Positions 10,372-19,963 of a DNA stretch of 39,674 bases are shown here, in pieces. Each line of letters starts with the position of its first letter. Within the stretch, counting starts at the first letter, position 1. Origin of the DNA: an uncultured virus (IMG/VR IMGVR_UViG_2061766007_004262). Lineage: Duplodnaviria > Heunggongvirae > Uroviricota > Caudoviricetes. Location: the IMG/VR virus record IMGVR_UViG_2061766007_004262; one strand, written 5' to 3'. Position numbers and translations under genes: made by a program. The notes under the pieces were generated by a model. It was given only the letters and a program-made list of their open reading frames with translations. It made no database searches and was not told where the DNA came from.

Positions 10372-11735
10372 TATGCTTTTACCTCCGCTTTTACAGCGTT
10401 TATAAGTGCCTCTTGAATCCTGTCCTTCTCGGACAGCGCCTTTAGTACTTTTGAATCAACAGTGTCTTTCGTCACGATGTGCATTATCACGACTGTCTCA
10501 TCCTTTTGCCCCTGCCGGTACAGCCGCGCGTTCATCTGCTGGTACAACTCAAGCGACCAGGTAGGCGTGAACCAGCAGATGGTGCTGCCGCCTTCCTGCA
10601 GGTTAAGCCCGTGGCCGGTGGATGCTGGGTGCGCGAGTGCTACCTGTATCTGCTCGGCATTCCAACGCCGCATCGATGCTTCGGAATCAAGGCGTTCAAA
10701 AGCGATACCCAGTTTTGTCAACCGGCCGGCAATGCGGTCGTAATCGTGCTTAAACCAGTACGCTACCAGCAGCGGTTTCCCGTTCATACCTTCGATGATG
10801 TCTTCCAACGCGTCCAGTTTCCGGTCGTGAAGGTGTATAACGCTCCCGTCATCAGCGTAGATCGCTCCGCTGGACAACTGCAGGAGCTTGCCAGTAAGCA
10901 CAGCCGCATTGCTTGCGGTCACCTCGCCGTCTGGAAGAGACAGCATTAGTTCGCGCTTCATTTTCGCATACTGCCTTTTCTCAGGATAAGACATCTCGAC
11001 CTCATAATTCATAGTGATGAGCTCCGGCATCTTAAGCTGCAGGCCTGTTTTCATGCTGATCGTAATGTCGCCGATCCTGCGGTAAATCTCATCTTCCGCG
11101 CCGGGCAAAGGCCTGTAGCTGTACACGATCGGCCCGTTCATCCGCTCAGGCGTGAAAAACGCGTTTCGGTACTGTCCTATGAACCTGCCCAGCCTTTTGC
11201 CCATATCCAGCAATTTGAACTCTGCAAACAGATCCATAAGTCCGTTACTGCTGGGCGTGCCTGTCAGTCCCACAATGCGCTTCACGCGTGGACGCACTTT
11301 CATAAGGCTCTTGAATCGTTTAGCATGCCAGCTTTTGAAGGATGATAGCTCGTCGATTACTAGCATGTCGTAATCGAAGGGCAGACCGCTTTCTTCCACC
11401 AGCCACTGTATGTTTTCACGGTTGATGATGTAGATGTCGGCCTTTTGCCGCAGCGCTGCCCTGCGTTCTTCGGCTGTGCCAGCCGCGACCGACCAGGTCA
11501 GTTCCTTCAGGTGATCCCACTTCTGAATTTCCGCTGGCCAGGTGTTCTTCGCCACCCGCAGAGGCGCGATGATCAGCGGCTTGCGGATCTCAAACTCCTG
11601 GTACATGAGGCGCTCAATTGCGGTCAGCGTGATCGCCGTTTTCCCAAAACCCATATTCAGGAACAGCGCCGCCTGCTCGTGGGTCAGGATGTGCCTGATG
11701 GCAAATGTCTGATAATCGTGAGGCTTAAACATCAT
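10371..11735 (-). CDS. Phage SNF2-family helicase (allele 1)
   Basis: MGFGKT, DELS, LTGTP, GHGLNLQ and ARLYRQGQ motifs. Confidence 0.92.
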   Translation of the reverse strand: MMFKPHDYQTFAIRHILTHEQAALFLNMGFGKTAITLTAIERLMYQEFEIRKPLIIAPLRVAKNTWPAEIQKWDHLKELTWSVAAGTAEERRAALRQKADIYIINRENIQWLVEESGLPFDYDMLVIDELSSFKSWHAKRFKSLMKVRPRVKRIVGLTGTPSSNGLMDLFAEFKLLDMGKRLGRFIGQYRNAFFTPERMNGPIVYSYRPLPGAEDEIYRRIGDITISMKTGLQLKMPELITMNYEVEMSYPEKRQYAKMKRELMLSLPDGEVTASNAAVLTGKLLQLSSGAIYADDGSVIHLHDRKLDALEDIIEGMNGKPLLVAYWFKHDYDRIAGRLTKLGIAFERLDSEASMRRWNAEQIQVALAHPASTGHGLNLQEGGSTICWFTPTWSLELYQQMNARLYRQGQKDETVVIMHIVTKDTVDSKVLKALSEKDRIQEALINAVKAEVKA

Positions 11736-12019
11736 TTGGTATCATCTCCGATCTCATCCAGTATTCCGGCAACCATGGCCGGATCGTCCAGCACGTACAC
11801 CCGGAAACCCAAACGCCGCAGGAGACTGTGCCGTGACAGCTGCAGGGGACGCGGCTTTTTGCCGGGGGCCTTCACTTCCACAAAGGCCATGTGCCCGCCC
11901 GGGATAAGCATAATTCGGTCTGGCATGCCATCCATTCCCGGGCAGACCAGCTTGGGACAGATGCCACCCCGGGCTTTCACCGCGCGGACAAGTTTTTGCT
12001 CGATCTGCTTTTCTCGCAC
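11732..12019 (-). CDS. VRR-NUC domain nuclease (allele 1)
   Basis: EKQIE...GMPDR...FVEVKAPG..PRPLQ; GTG start after GAAGGAG. Confidence 0.9.
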   Translation of the reverse strand: MREKQIEQKLVRAVKARGGICPKLVCPGMDGMPDRIMLIPGGHMAFVEVKAPGKKPRPLQLSRHSLLRRLGFRVYVLDDPAMVAGILDEIGDDTK

Positions 12020-12237
12020 TGTACATACTCCTTCCAGCATTTCTCAAAGGCTTCCAGGCATTCATCACAAGCCCTGTGGCTCAGCAGGTGATCCAGTATG
12101 ATTCGGTGCCAGACATCAAACTTGCATGATCTGTTCCTGGGGAATCGTTCCTTATCTCTCTCCATATCACGGGCAAGATCACCCTCGTTGGTAAGTCTGG
12201 TTTTGTGTGTCCTCATCATGTATGTGTAAAAAGTCAT
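11977..12237 (-). CDS. YozE/SAM-like small protein
   Basis: TFYTYM...GDLARDM..D..FP...AFEKCWKEY pattern; RBS AGGAGG. Confidence 0.65.
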   Translation of the reverse strand: MTFYTYMMRTHKTRLTNEGDLARDMERDKERFPRNRSCKFDVWHRIILDHLLSHRACDECLEAFEKCWKEYVQCEKSRSSKNLSAR

Positions 12238-12324
12238 ATAGCTCCTCCTGTTTTTGTCTTGCGGTCTTATTTACCGTCTAACGCATGTCTCGCACAAACT
12301 CCCTTATTTTTCTGGGGGTTTTCA

Positions 12325-12550
12325 TTATTGTCAGGCTTGTCATTTTTGTCTTGGGATAAAGGGTATAAAACCCCGTTCTGTACTGAAAAAAACAAAAATA
12401 ATAATTTTTATCTTTTTTTGACTGTCTGTGTGTTATGACAAAAATGACAGGAACGTCCAAAGCCTCAAACCTCCTTAAAATACTGAGAATTTTGCGTGTT
12501 GATATGTCATTCGGTCTTAATGACACTTGCTATGTCAAACTGACAATAAT
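12325..12550. repeat. AT-rich region with clustered TGTCA/TGACA motifs, putative phage replication origin (allele 1)
   Basis: Several TGTCA/TGACA copies in both orientations around A/T tracts, at the 3' end of the primase-helicase gene. Confidence 0.5.
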
Positions 12551-15029
12551 AGCGTTCGACCCAGGGATTAACGAGATAGACAGGCATGGGCGGCCTGCCC
12601 TTTCCATAGTTAGCCGTGGTCGGGACAGCGGCGATATAGCCATAGTCCTCAAGGAAATCGAGCACGGGCTGTATATCCTCCACAGTCCTGAACGACTGGC
12701 AGTTGCGCATTGCCGTTCTGCGATTGAACTGCGTCAGCTCTTTGTCATGGATCATTTTGAGGATACGATGGGCATTCTGGAACATGGCGTTTTCGGGCAG
12801 TACGTTGAACACAGCCTGGGCGTGGTTAAGGAAGTACCTTCCCAGTCGGATGGCGTTCTTCATTGTCTGCTCATCAACCACAAGCGGCTCGGGCACATCG
12901 AGAAAGTCATGACAGCGTTCGACAGACGCCCTGCACAGCAGTCCCGCGATACGCAGTGTATTGCCGGCCAGCTTTCCGCACCAGTCGGCCATGTCTGCGT
13001 ATTCCTTCACGAGCTTGCCCTCGATCTCGTCCGAAAACACTTCAAGCAGCCTATCCGCCTCCGGAGAAAGCGTGATGAGCTCCGGCTTTTCCGAGTACTC
13101 ATCCTCCAGCAGGTTGAAGATGCGGTGCTCATAGGCTTCGTAGACGTCGGGCGGGACCGGCGTACTCCGGTACTGCCTTGAACCGACGATGGATTTGGGC
13201 ATGCTATAGAGAAACCTTGCGGTAAGGCCCCTGCCGCGGAAGGTTTCATTGCTGAGAACCCTTGATACGGCAGTGGGCTGTGCCATCATGAGGATCGTCA
13301 GAGAGGGGCGCATAATGCTCTCGCTTTCCCGTCCAATGCGGTCAACCCTTATGGGATCGCCCGAGTAGCTTTTGAGAAGCACATCAATGTTCGGCATTCT
13401 GCTGTACGCGCCAGCGAAGGTGTCGAACAGGCCCGCTTCGCTGGAAAGCACCGACATACGTCCGTCGTTCTCAGCCAGCATAGACACAAGTTTCTCCGGC
13501 GTGATGTCATCCGCGAACAGTCGAAGGGGCTTTCTTGCTACATACTCCGTCAGCTCTCTGGCGATCTTGTCCGCTTCGGACTGCTCTGCTTTGCCCTTTG
13601 CGATCTGTTCCTCAATCGCTTTTTGCCTGCGTTCAAGGATGCGCATGTGCATGCGGCTCGTTTCGACCGCCGCGGCGTTCTCCCGGTTATAACGGCTCTC
13701 GTAAGTACTGATCGGACTTACCGGCCCATGCTGCGCCGCGGACTTTCTTTCAGAAGGCGCGGCGACAACAACCTCATACAAGTGCGGCGGCTCCTTCCAG
13801 TCGGGCTTGGCCTGGATTTCATATTTTCCGTTCATGCTTGCTGAGACCGTGCTAAGAACGCTGCAGCCTACCATGTCTGGCGGCACCTGAATGCTTTCAG
13901 AGTAGGCGTTTACGTAGTCCGCCAGAACACGGGGCAGCGCGTCTACAGGAAATGCGGTAATAGTATGTTTGCCAAAGGGAATCGGCTCCTCCCATGAGGA
14001 GGACACTTCTTCGAAATCCTTCTGTGCCTGTTCGATCCTCTCAGCCTGCAGCATTTTGCTGACCGCTTCATCCTCTTCAGCCAATGCGCACATTTGCTGG
14101 AACGATCCCTCCTCATCACCGAACCGGTGCAGCCGGACAAGATCGAAGGCGTTAAGCAGTTTTCCGCCCGCCGGATCTGTCGCGTGATGGCTGTAGGCAA
14201 ACTTGTCATCATAGATCACGACGCCCGCTGTGCCTTCGCCGGGGATGTAATCATAGCGGCCTTCCTTCAGGGAAGGCGCGTATACGTCGGACAGATACTT
14301 TTCGATCACGTCGTGGATAGTGTAGGTGCGGCAGAATGCTCCGACGATACCGCTTTTGGTGAGCGGGTCTTCCTGTTTTCTGCCATCAGAGGCTCGCAGC
14401 GGCTTTTCCTTGCTGGCAGTCGGCAGCTTCGAAATATCCCGCCAGTCCGGATATGCAGCAAGGAAATCCATGGCGTTTAAGAAGGGGCCGTCAATTACCT
14501 CGCAGATATACTCACCATCAGATGGCGTCGACGGCCAGTACATCAGCTGGTTGACCTTGTAGGAACACACATCAAACTGATCGATGCCCCACTGGGCAGC
14601 ATAGTATCTGGCGACCGCGTTGTAGCAGTCCGGAGTGATGTCCTCCTCGAAGGGGATTACTATCCTGTACCTGGGGGCTTCGGGTGTGTGTCCGTGCGTG
14701 GTGTAGACCACAGCCGCGTATCTGCACTGGCTGAGAAACCTCTTCAGAAAACCTGTGTCCGCTGAATCTGAGTCGAGCGTAAGCAGTGACTGGCATATCA
14801 CATTCTTCGCCAAACGTCTTGCGTTCTTCAGATGCCCGCCGACGAAGCCGCCGATGTCTTTTATCTTCTCCTTCTCATCGCGGCTCATGGCGTGATACTG
14901 TTCGACCGTCTCGCGCGTTCGTATCGTGGACTTCAGCTTTTGACAGAGCTCTTCCCAGCTGATCGTGCTGTTCGTCCATTTAAGGGCGTCAGCGCTGCGG
15001 CCGAGAGCTATTTTCAGCTCACGCGTCAT
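12507..15029 (-). CDS. Primase-like N-terminal domain fused to a DUF3987/YfjI-like helicase domain (allele 1, 840 aa)
   Basis: KDIGGFVGG, LTLDSD, YTTHGH..PRYR and YSHHATDP; then FPVDALP, PSERKS, DDITPEKL, SSEAG, RGLTARFL; RBS GGAGG. Confidence 0.8.
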   Translation of the reverse strand: MTRELKIALGRSADALKWTNSTISWEELCQKLKSTIRTRETVEQYHAMSRDEKEKIKDIGGFVGGHLKNARRLAKNVICQSLLTLDSDSADTGFLKRFLSQCRYAAVVYTTHGHTPEAPRYRIVIPFEEDITPDCYNAVARYYAAQWGIDQFDVCSYKVNQLMYWPSTPSDGEYICEVIDGPFLNAMDFLAAYPDWRDISKLPTASKEKPLRASDGRKQEDPLTKSGIVGAFCRTYTIHDVIEKYLSDVYAPSLKEGRYDYIPGEGTAGVVIYDDKFAYSHHATDPAGGKLLNAFDLVRLHRFGDEEGSFQQMCALAEEDEAVSKMLQAERIEQAQKDFEEVSSSWEEPIPFGKHTITAFPVDALPRVLADYVNAYSESIQVPPDMVGCSVLSTVSASMNGKYEIQAKPDWKEPPHLYEVVVAAPSERKSAAQHGPVSPISTYESRYNRENAAAVETSRMHMRILERRQKAIEEQIAKGKAEQSEADKIARELTEYVARKPLRLFADDITPEKLVSMLAENDGRMSVLSSEAGLFDTFAGAYSRMPNIDVLLKSYSGDPIRVDRIGRESESIMRPSLTILMMAQPTAVSRVLSNETFRGRGLTARFLYSMPKSIVGSRQYRSTPVPPDVYEAYEHRIFNLLEDEYSEKPELITLSPEADRLLEVFSDEIEGKLVKEYADMADWCGKLAGNTLRIAGLLCRASVERCHDFLDVPEPLVVDEQTMKNAIRLGRYFLNHAQAVFNVLPENAMFQNAHRILKMIHDKELTQFNRRTAMRNCQSFRTVEDIQPVLDFLEDYGYIAAVPTTANYGKGRPPMPVYLVNPWVERYYCQFDIASVIKTE

Positions 15030-15112
15030 CTGACTGCACCTCCATTTCTTTTCAAATTCATGCGCAAATAGCTCCTTTCGTGTGATAGTAGAGGATGGAT
15101 TGGCCTCTCTAC

Positions 15113-15145
15113 CGGCTATGTAGCCATGCACACGATTTTTCCGGT
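15113..15145 (-). promoter_or_regulatory. Bipartite motif ACCGGAAA-N11-TGGCTACATAGCCG, leftward copy
   Basis: Inverted copy at 15245-15277 with identical spacing; lies upstream of the primase gene. Confidence 0.55.
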
Positions 15146-15244
15146 CAGCATGGAGATTTACTTTTGTTTCGTCAAACGACTTCCGATTTATAAAAACGGC
15201 GTCGCGGTACATGAACCGTGACGCCTGTATTTTTTTGATGGCAT

Positions 15245-15277
15245 ACCGGAAACTCGGCTTCTTTGGCTACATAGCCG
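15245..15277 (+). promoter_or_regulatory. Bipartite motif ACCGGAAA-N11-TGGCTACATAGCCG, rightward copy
   Basis: Matches 15113-15145; a related CATAGCC precedes the RBS at 18468. Confidence 0.55.
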
Positions 15278-15290
15278 ATGNNNNNNNNNN

Positions 15291-15846
15291 TCCGAGCCGT
15301 TTGCCCATATCCAGCAGCTTGAACTCCGCGAACAGATCCATAAGCCCGTTGCTGCTCGGTGTGCCCGTGAGCCCGACGATGCGTTTCACGCGGGGACGCA
15401 CCTTCATCAGGCTCTTGAACCGTTTAGCCTGCCAGCTTTTGAAGGAAGACAATTCGTCGATCACCAGCATGTCGTAGTCGAATGGAAGGCCGCTCTCTTC
15501 CACCAGCCACTGCACATTCTCGCGGTTGATGATGTAGATGTCGGCCTTTTGTCCGAGCGCCGCCTTGCGTTCCTCGGCCGTGCCCACTGCAACCGACCAG
15601 GTCAGGCCCCTAAGGTGATCCCACTTTTGAATCTCAGCGGGCCAGGTGTTCTTCGCCACCCGCAAAGGGGCGATGATCAGAGGCTTCCTTATCTCAAATT
15701 CCTGATACATCAGATGTTCGATCGCAGTCAGGGTGATTACGGTTTTGCCATCAACCCAAGCCCATATCCAGTAGCAGTGCAGCCTGCTCATGGTTCAGAA
15801 TATGCTTGATTGCATATGCCTGGTAATCGTGTGGTATGAACTTCAT
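15291..15846 (-). pseudogene. SNF2 helicase allele 2, N-terminal fragment with a 7-nt insert and stop in Walker A (pseudogene or recoded)
   Basis: MKFIPHDYQ...DMGLG-TGA-T-GGC-AAA-ACC; the downstream frame closely matches allele 1. Confidence 0.7.
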
Positions 15847-16181
15847 TGGGCATCACCTCCAATCTCATCCAGTATTCCGGCAACCTTCGCCGGATCGTCC
15901 AGCACGTACACCCTGAAGCCCAGCCGTTGCAGAAATCTGTGTCGTGACCACTGCAGGGGCCGCGGCCTTTTGCCGGGAGCTTTCACTTCCACAAAGGCAC
16001 AACGCCCACCAAACATCAAAACCAATCTGTCAGGCATGCCGTCGTAAGCAGGACTGACAAACTTCAAAGCGATGCCGCCGCGCTGCCGGGCTGCTCTCAC
16101 AAGGGTTTGTTCAACCTGTTTTTCCTGAAGCCCGGTGTTTTTGTCCCGTTTGTCCAGGCTATTCTGAATCTTCCGTTTCAC
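15843..16181 (-). CDS. VRR-NUC domain nuclease (allele 2)
   Basis: GMPDR...FVEVKAPG; GTG start after AGGAGG. Confidence 0.85.
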   Translation of the reverse strand: MKRKIQNSLDKRDKNTGLQEKQVEQTLVRAARQRGGIALKFVSPAYDGMPDRLVLMFGGRCAFVEVKAPGKRPRPLQWSRHRFLQRLGFRVYVLDDPAKVAGILDEIGGDAQ

Positions 16182-16362
16182 TGAAAACCTCCTGTTTTCA
16201 AGGGCTCTTGGACTTTTGTCCTTTTGTCCGAAGTTTATAATGGGGATATACACATTTACAGAATGAATGAATAAGTCTTTTTTGCCTTTATTAAGGGGAG
16301 TGTGACAATGTGACAAAAGTCCGGAATGCCTGTATTTTCAAGGGTTCTTTTGCCGTGACAAT
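16138..16362. repeat. Clustered TTTGTCC and GTGACAA motifs, putative origin (allele 2)
   Basis: Four TTTGTCC facing three GTGACAA around an AT-rich core; same position as in allele 1. Confidence 0.5.
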
Positions 16363-17939
16363 ACCGGAACTGTTTCGGACAGCTGCAACAAAACGGATGG
16401 ATTGACCGCATACTTCGGGAGTGGAGGTCTGCCGCCCGCGGGCATTCTGTCCGGCAAGCGGATGATGTAACCGTAGTCGTCCAGAAAATCCAGAACGGGT
16501 TGAATCTCCGCGGCCGTTTTGAACACGCGGCAGCAGCGCATGGCAACGCGGCGGTCAAACTCCGCGAGATGCTTTTCGCCGATCATCTGCAGAATCCGAC
16601 TTGCCTGCTTATGCATTGGTGCGGCAGGGATCACATCAAACACCGCCAGCGCATGACTCAGGAAGTACCGACCAAGCTTGATCGCGTTTGCCATCGTTTC
16701 ATCGGACACGATCAGCGGCTCGTTCACCGTCAGGAACTCGGGCGCACGGAACACACTTGCGCGGCAGAGGAGTCCCGCGATACGCAGTGTATTGCCGACA
16801 AGCTTGCCGACCCAGTCGGCTATCTCCGCATACTCCGTTTTAATCTTCGGCTCGATCTCCTCAGCGAAATCGGTCAGAAGGCGCGACGCCTCAGAAGACA
16901 GCGTGATCACTTCAGGCTTTTTTGGATATTCTTCCTCAAGCATATCAACCATCTTCCTTTCATATCGCGTATACACATCAGCCGGCACAGTTTCACTCTG
17001 GAATCTGCGTTTTCCCACTGATGAACTGGGCATGCAGTACAGAAAGCGGGCGGTCAGACCGCGTCCCCGGAAAGTCACGTTGCTCAGAACATCCGAGATC
17101 ACCTTTGGCTGGGTCATGAGCAATATCGTGAGCGTCGGGTGCATGACGCTTTCGCTCTCCCTACCGATACGGTCGACACGGATTGTGTCGCCGGAATAGC
17201 CTTTCAACATAACATCGATATTGACGTTGTGTGTATAGATGCCTGCTAGCGTATCGAAAATGCCGCCCTCACTGGAAACCAGCGCCGCCCGTCCGTTGTT
17301 TGAAGACATAGTGGATACAAGCTTTTCGGTCGTAATATCATCCACATACAGGCGTATGGGCTTTTCCTCCACAAATTCAGCGAGCTCCTGCGCAATGCGC
17401 TCAACCTCTCCGTTATCCGCATTGCCTTTGGCGGCTTTGTCTTCGATTGCCCGCATGCGTTTTTCCAGTATACGTCTGCTCATTTTGCAGCTTTCCACAC
17501 GCGCCGCGTTCTGAATGTTGTAGTTGACCTCGTAGTTGTCAAGAGGACTTGCCGTAGCGTGCAGTACCGCGGATTTTCTCTCGGAAGGCTCCGCGATAAT
17601 ATTCGCGTAGATATTCGGAGGTTCAATCCAATCGTCTTTTCCTTGGACAACGTACTTTCCTTGAAGGCACACCGACGTCAATGCCAGCACAGCCGTTCCC
17701 GCCATGTCTACAGCCGTCTGTGTGCTTTCCGCTACTGCTTGGACATAATCTCCCATGTCCTCGGGAAGGGCTTCTACGGGGAACGGCTCAAGATCGTATC
17801 TTCCGAAGGGAATCGGTTCCAGGGTCGATGAAACTGCCTCCTCGAAATCCTTCCGCGCTTCTTCGGTTCTCTCCGTCTGCAGCGTCCTACTGACCGCTTC
17901 ATCCTCTTCAGCCAATGCGCACATTTGCTGGAACGATCC
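16338..17939 (-). CDS. Primase-DUF3987 protein allele 2, C-terminal part
   Basis: FPVEALP, PSERKS, DDITTEKL and RGLTARFL; homologous to but diverged from allele 1. Confidence 0.8.
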   Translation of the reverse strand, partial: GSFQQMCALAEEDEAVSRTLQTERTEEARKDFEEAVSSTLEPIPFGRYDLEPFPVEALPEDMGDYVQAVAESTQTAVDMAGTAVLALTSVCLQGKYVVQGKDDWIEPPNIYANIIAEPSERKSAVLHATASPLDNYEVNYNIQNAARVESCKMSRRILEKRMRAIEDKAAKGNADNGEVERIAQELAEFVEEKPIRLYVDDITTEKLVSTMSSNNGRAALVSSEGGIFDTLAGIYTHNVNIDVMLKGYSGDTIRVDRIGRESESVMHPTLTILLMTQPKVISDVLSNVTFRGRGLTARFLYCMPSSSVGKRRFQSETVPADVYTRYERKMVDMLEEEYPKKPEVITLSSEASRLLTDFAEEIEPKIKTEYAEIADWVGKLVGNTLRIAGLLCRASVFRAPEFLTVNEPLIVSDETMANAIKLGRYFLSHALAVFDVIPAAPMHKQASRILQMIGEKHLAEFDRRVAMRCCRVFKTAAEIQPVLDFLDDYGYIIRLPDRMPAGGRPPLPKYAVNPSVLLQLSETVPVLSRQKNP

Positions 17940-18178
17940 NNNNNNNNNNNNNNNNNNNNNNNNNNNNNNNNNNNNNNNNNNNNNNNNNNNNNNNNNNNNN
18001 NNNNNNNNNNNNNNNNNNNNNNNNNNNNNNNNNNNNNNNNNNNNNNNNNNNNNNNNNNNNNNNNNNNNNNNNNNNNNNNNNNNNNNNNNNNNNNNNNNNN
18101 NNNNNNNNNNNNNNNNNNNNNNNNNNNNNNNNNNNNNNNNNNNNNNNNNNNNNNNNNNNNNNNNNNNNNNNNNNNNNN

Positions 18179-18446
18179 CGACACTGGACAACCTGAATGA
18201 AGTAGGAAAACAACTGGTCAGGTGCGGAGAAGAGTTGATACGGGCAGTGGCCCATGTGCAAGTCTGCTTCGCGCCTGATGAACAGGAAGCGCCTGACACA
18301 GGGAAGCGGGAAGAAGGCCCTGAACTAACAACATCGAAGACGTACACAAAAGAAGAGATCCGGGCGCTGCTGGCGGATCTCTCGCAGGCTGGCTTTCGAG
18401 AAGAAGCCAAAGCACTGGTCAAGAAGTACGCAAACGGCGGTAGCCT
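18179..18446 (+). CDS. Small phage replication-module protein, allele fragment
   Basis: Near-identical to 18605-18897. Confidence 0.6.
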
Positions 18447-18483
18447 NNNNNNNNNNCATAGCCAGTGAAAGGAGGTTCACGCG

Positions 18484-18651
18484 ATGGAGAACACGGCAAA
18501 TACAGCTGCCGAAGAGCAGGAGCTGATCGACGTGCTGATAGCAATCAGCGTCGTGGCAAAACGATTGGCAAGGAAACTGGAAAAACAGAGAAAGGAGTCA
18601 AATCATGAGCAAAATGAGCGAACTGGCAATGACACTGGACAACCTGAATGA
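18484..18651 (+). CDS. Small hypothetical phage protein (55 aa)
   Basis: RBS AAAGGAGG; MENTANTAAEEQELIDVLIAISVVAKRLARKL; not in the ORF track. Confidence 0.6.
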   Translation: MENTANTAAEEQELIDVLIAISVVAKRLARKLEKQRKESNHEQNERTGNDTGQPE

Positions 18652-18897
18652 AGTAGGAAAACAACTGGTCGGGTGCGGAGAAGAGTTGATACGGGCAGTG
18701 GCCCATGTGCAAGCCTGCTTCGCGCCCAACGAACAGGAAGCGCCTGACACAGGAAAGCAGGAAGAAGCCCCGGAAGTAACAACATCGAAGACGTACACAA
18801 AAGAAGAAATTCGGGCGCTGCTGGCGGATCTCTCGCAGGCTGGCTTCCGAGAAGAAGCCAAAGCACTGGTCAAGAAGTACGCAAACGGCGGTAGCCT
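18605..18897 (+). CDS. Small phage replication-module protein preceding DUF2800; C-terminus in fragment 19908-19971
   Basis: MSKMSEL...EEIRALLADLSQAG..EEAKALVKKY, then DIDPARYPAL. Confidence 0.65.
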
Positions 18898-18972
18898 NNN
18901 NNNNNNNNNNNNNNNNNNNNNNNNNNNNNNNNNNNNNNNNNNNNNNNNNNNNNNNNNNNNNNNNNNNNNNNN

Positions 18973-19897
18973 GATGGAGCAGCTGGCTGAAGCAAAGAAG
19001 CACTGCGCCGATCCCATCGTACTGGTGGAACAGCGGCTGGACTTCTCCCGCTGGGTGCCTGAAGGTTTCGGAACCGGGGATACCTGCATCGTGGCGGACG
19101 ATGTGCTTCACGTGATTGACCTGAAATACGGTGTAGGCATCCTGGTGAGCGCAGAACGCAATCCGCAAATGATGTGCTACACATTGGGCCTCCTGGAAGC
19201 CTTCGACGGAATCTATGATGTCCGCACGATAAGGATGAGCATCTTTCAGCCGAGACGGGAAAGTGTATCTACCTTCGAAATGAGCAAGGCTGACCTACTG
19301 AAGTGGGCAGAGACTGTTCTTCTACCAACAGCACAGTTAGCCTTCAAAGGCGAGGGCGAATTCCGCGCCGGGGAGCATTGCCAGTTCTGCAGTGTCAAAG
19401 CTACCTGCCGGAAACGGACGGAGTACAACCTGGAGATGGCCCGGTATGACTTTGAGGTTCCGTCCGAGCTCACCGATGATGAGATCGCATCGATTCTGCC
19501 CAGGATCGACGAGTTGATCGCGTGGGGCGGCGATGTGAAAGAATACGCGCTGCGGCAGGCGGTCTCAGGCACGCACTATCCCGGCTTCAAGGTTGTCGAG
19601 GGACGATCCGTCACCAAGTACACCGATGAAGAAGCCGCGGCCGCCNNNNNNNNNNTTCATGCCTGATCATGCTTTACTATCCGCTTCCTCCAGCCACCGC
19701 TGGCTGTCCTGTCCGCCCAGCGCTAAGCTCTGCGCGGCGCATCCTGATACCACATCGCCATATGCCCAGCAGGGTACGGAGGCGCACAGCCTTGCCGCTT
19801 ATAAGGTGATGAAGGCGCTTGGCATGGACGCAAAAGACCCGACCAGAAGCCTGGAGTTTTTCGATCAGGAGATGGCCGACTGCACGGATGCCTACTG
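18973..19897 (+). CDS. DUF2800 nuclease allele, two out-of-order fragments (18973-19645 and 19659-19897)
   Basis: Near-identical to parts of 19964-21097. Confidence 0.75.
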
Positions 19898-19963
19898 NNN
19901 NNNNNNNGACGGACATCGACCCGGCGCGCTATCCGGCCTTGGCGGAGGAGGCGCAAAAGTATC

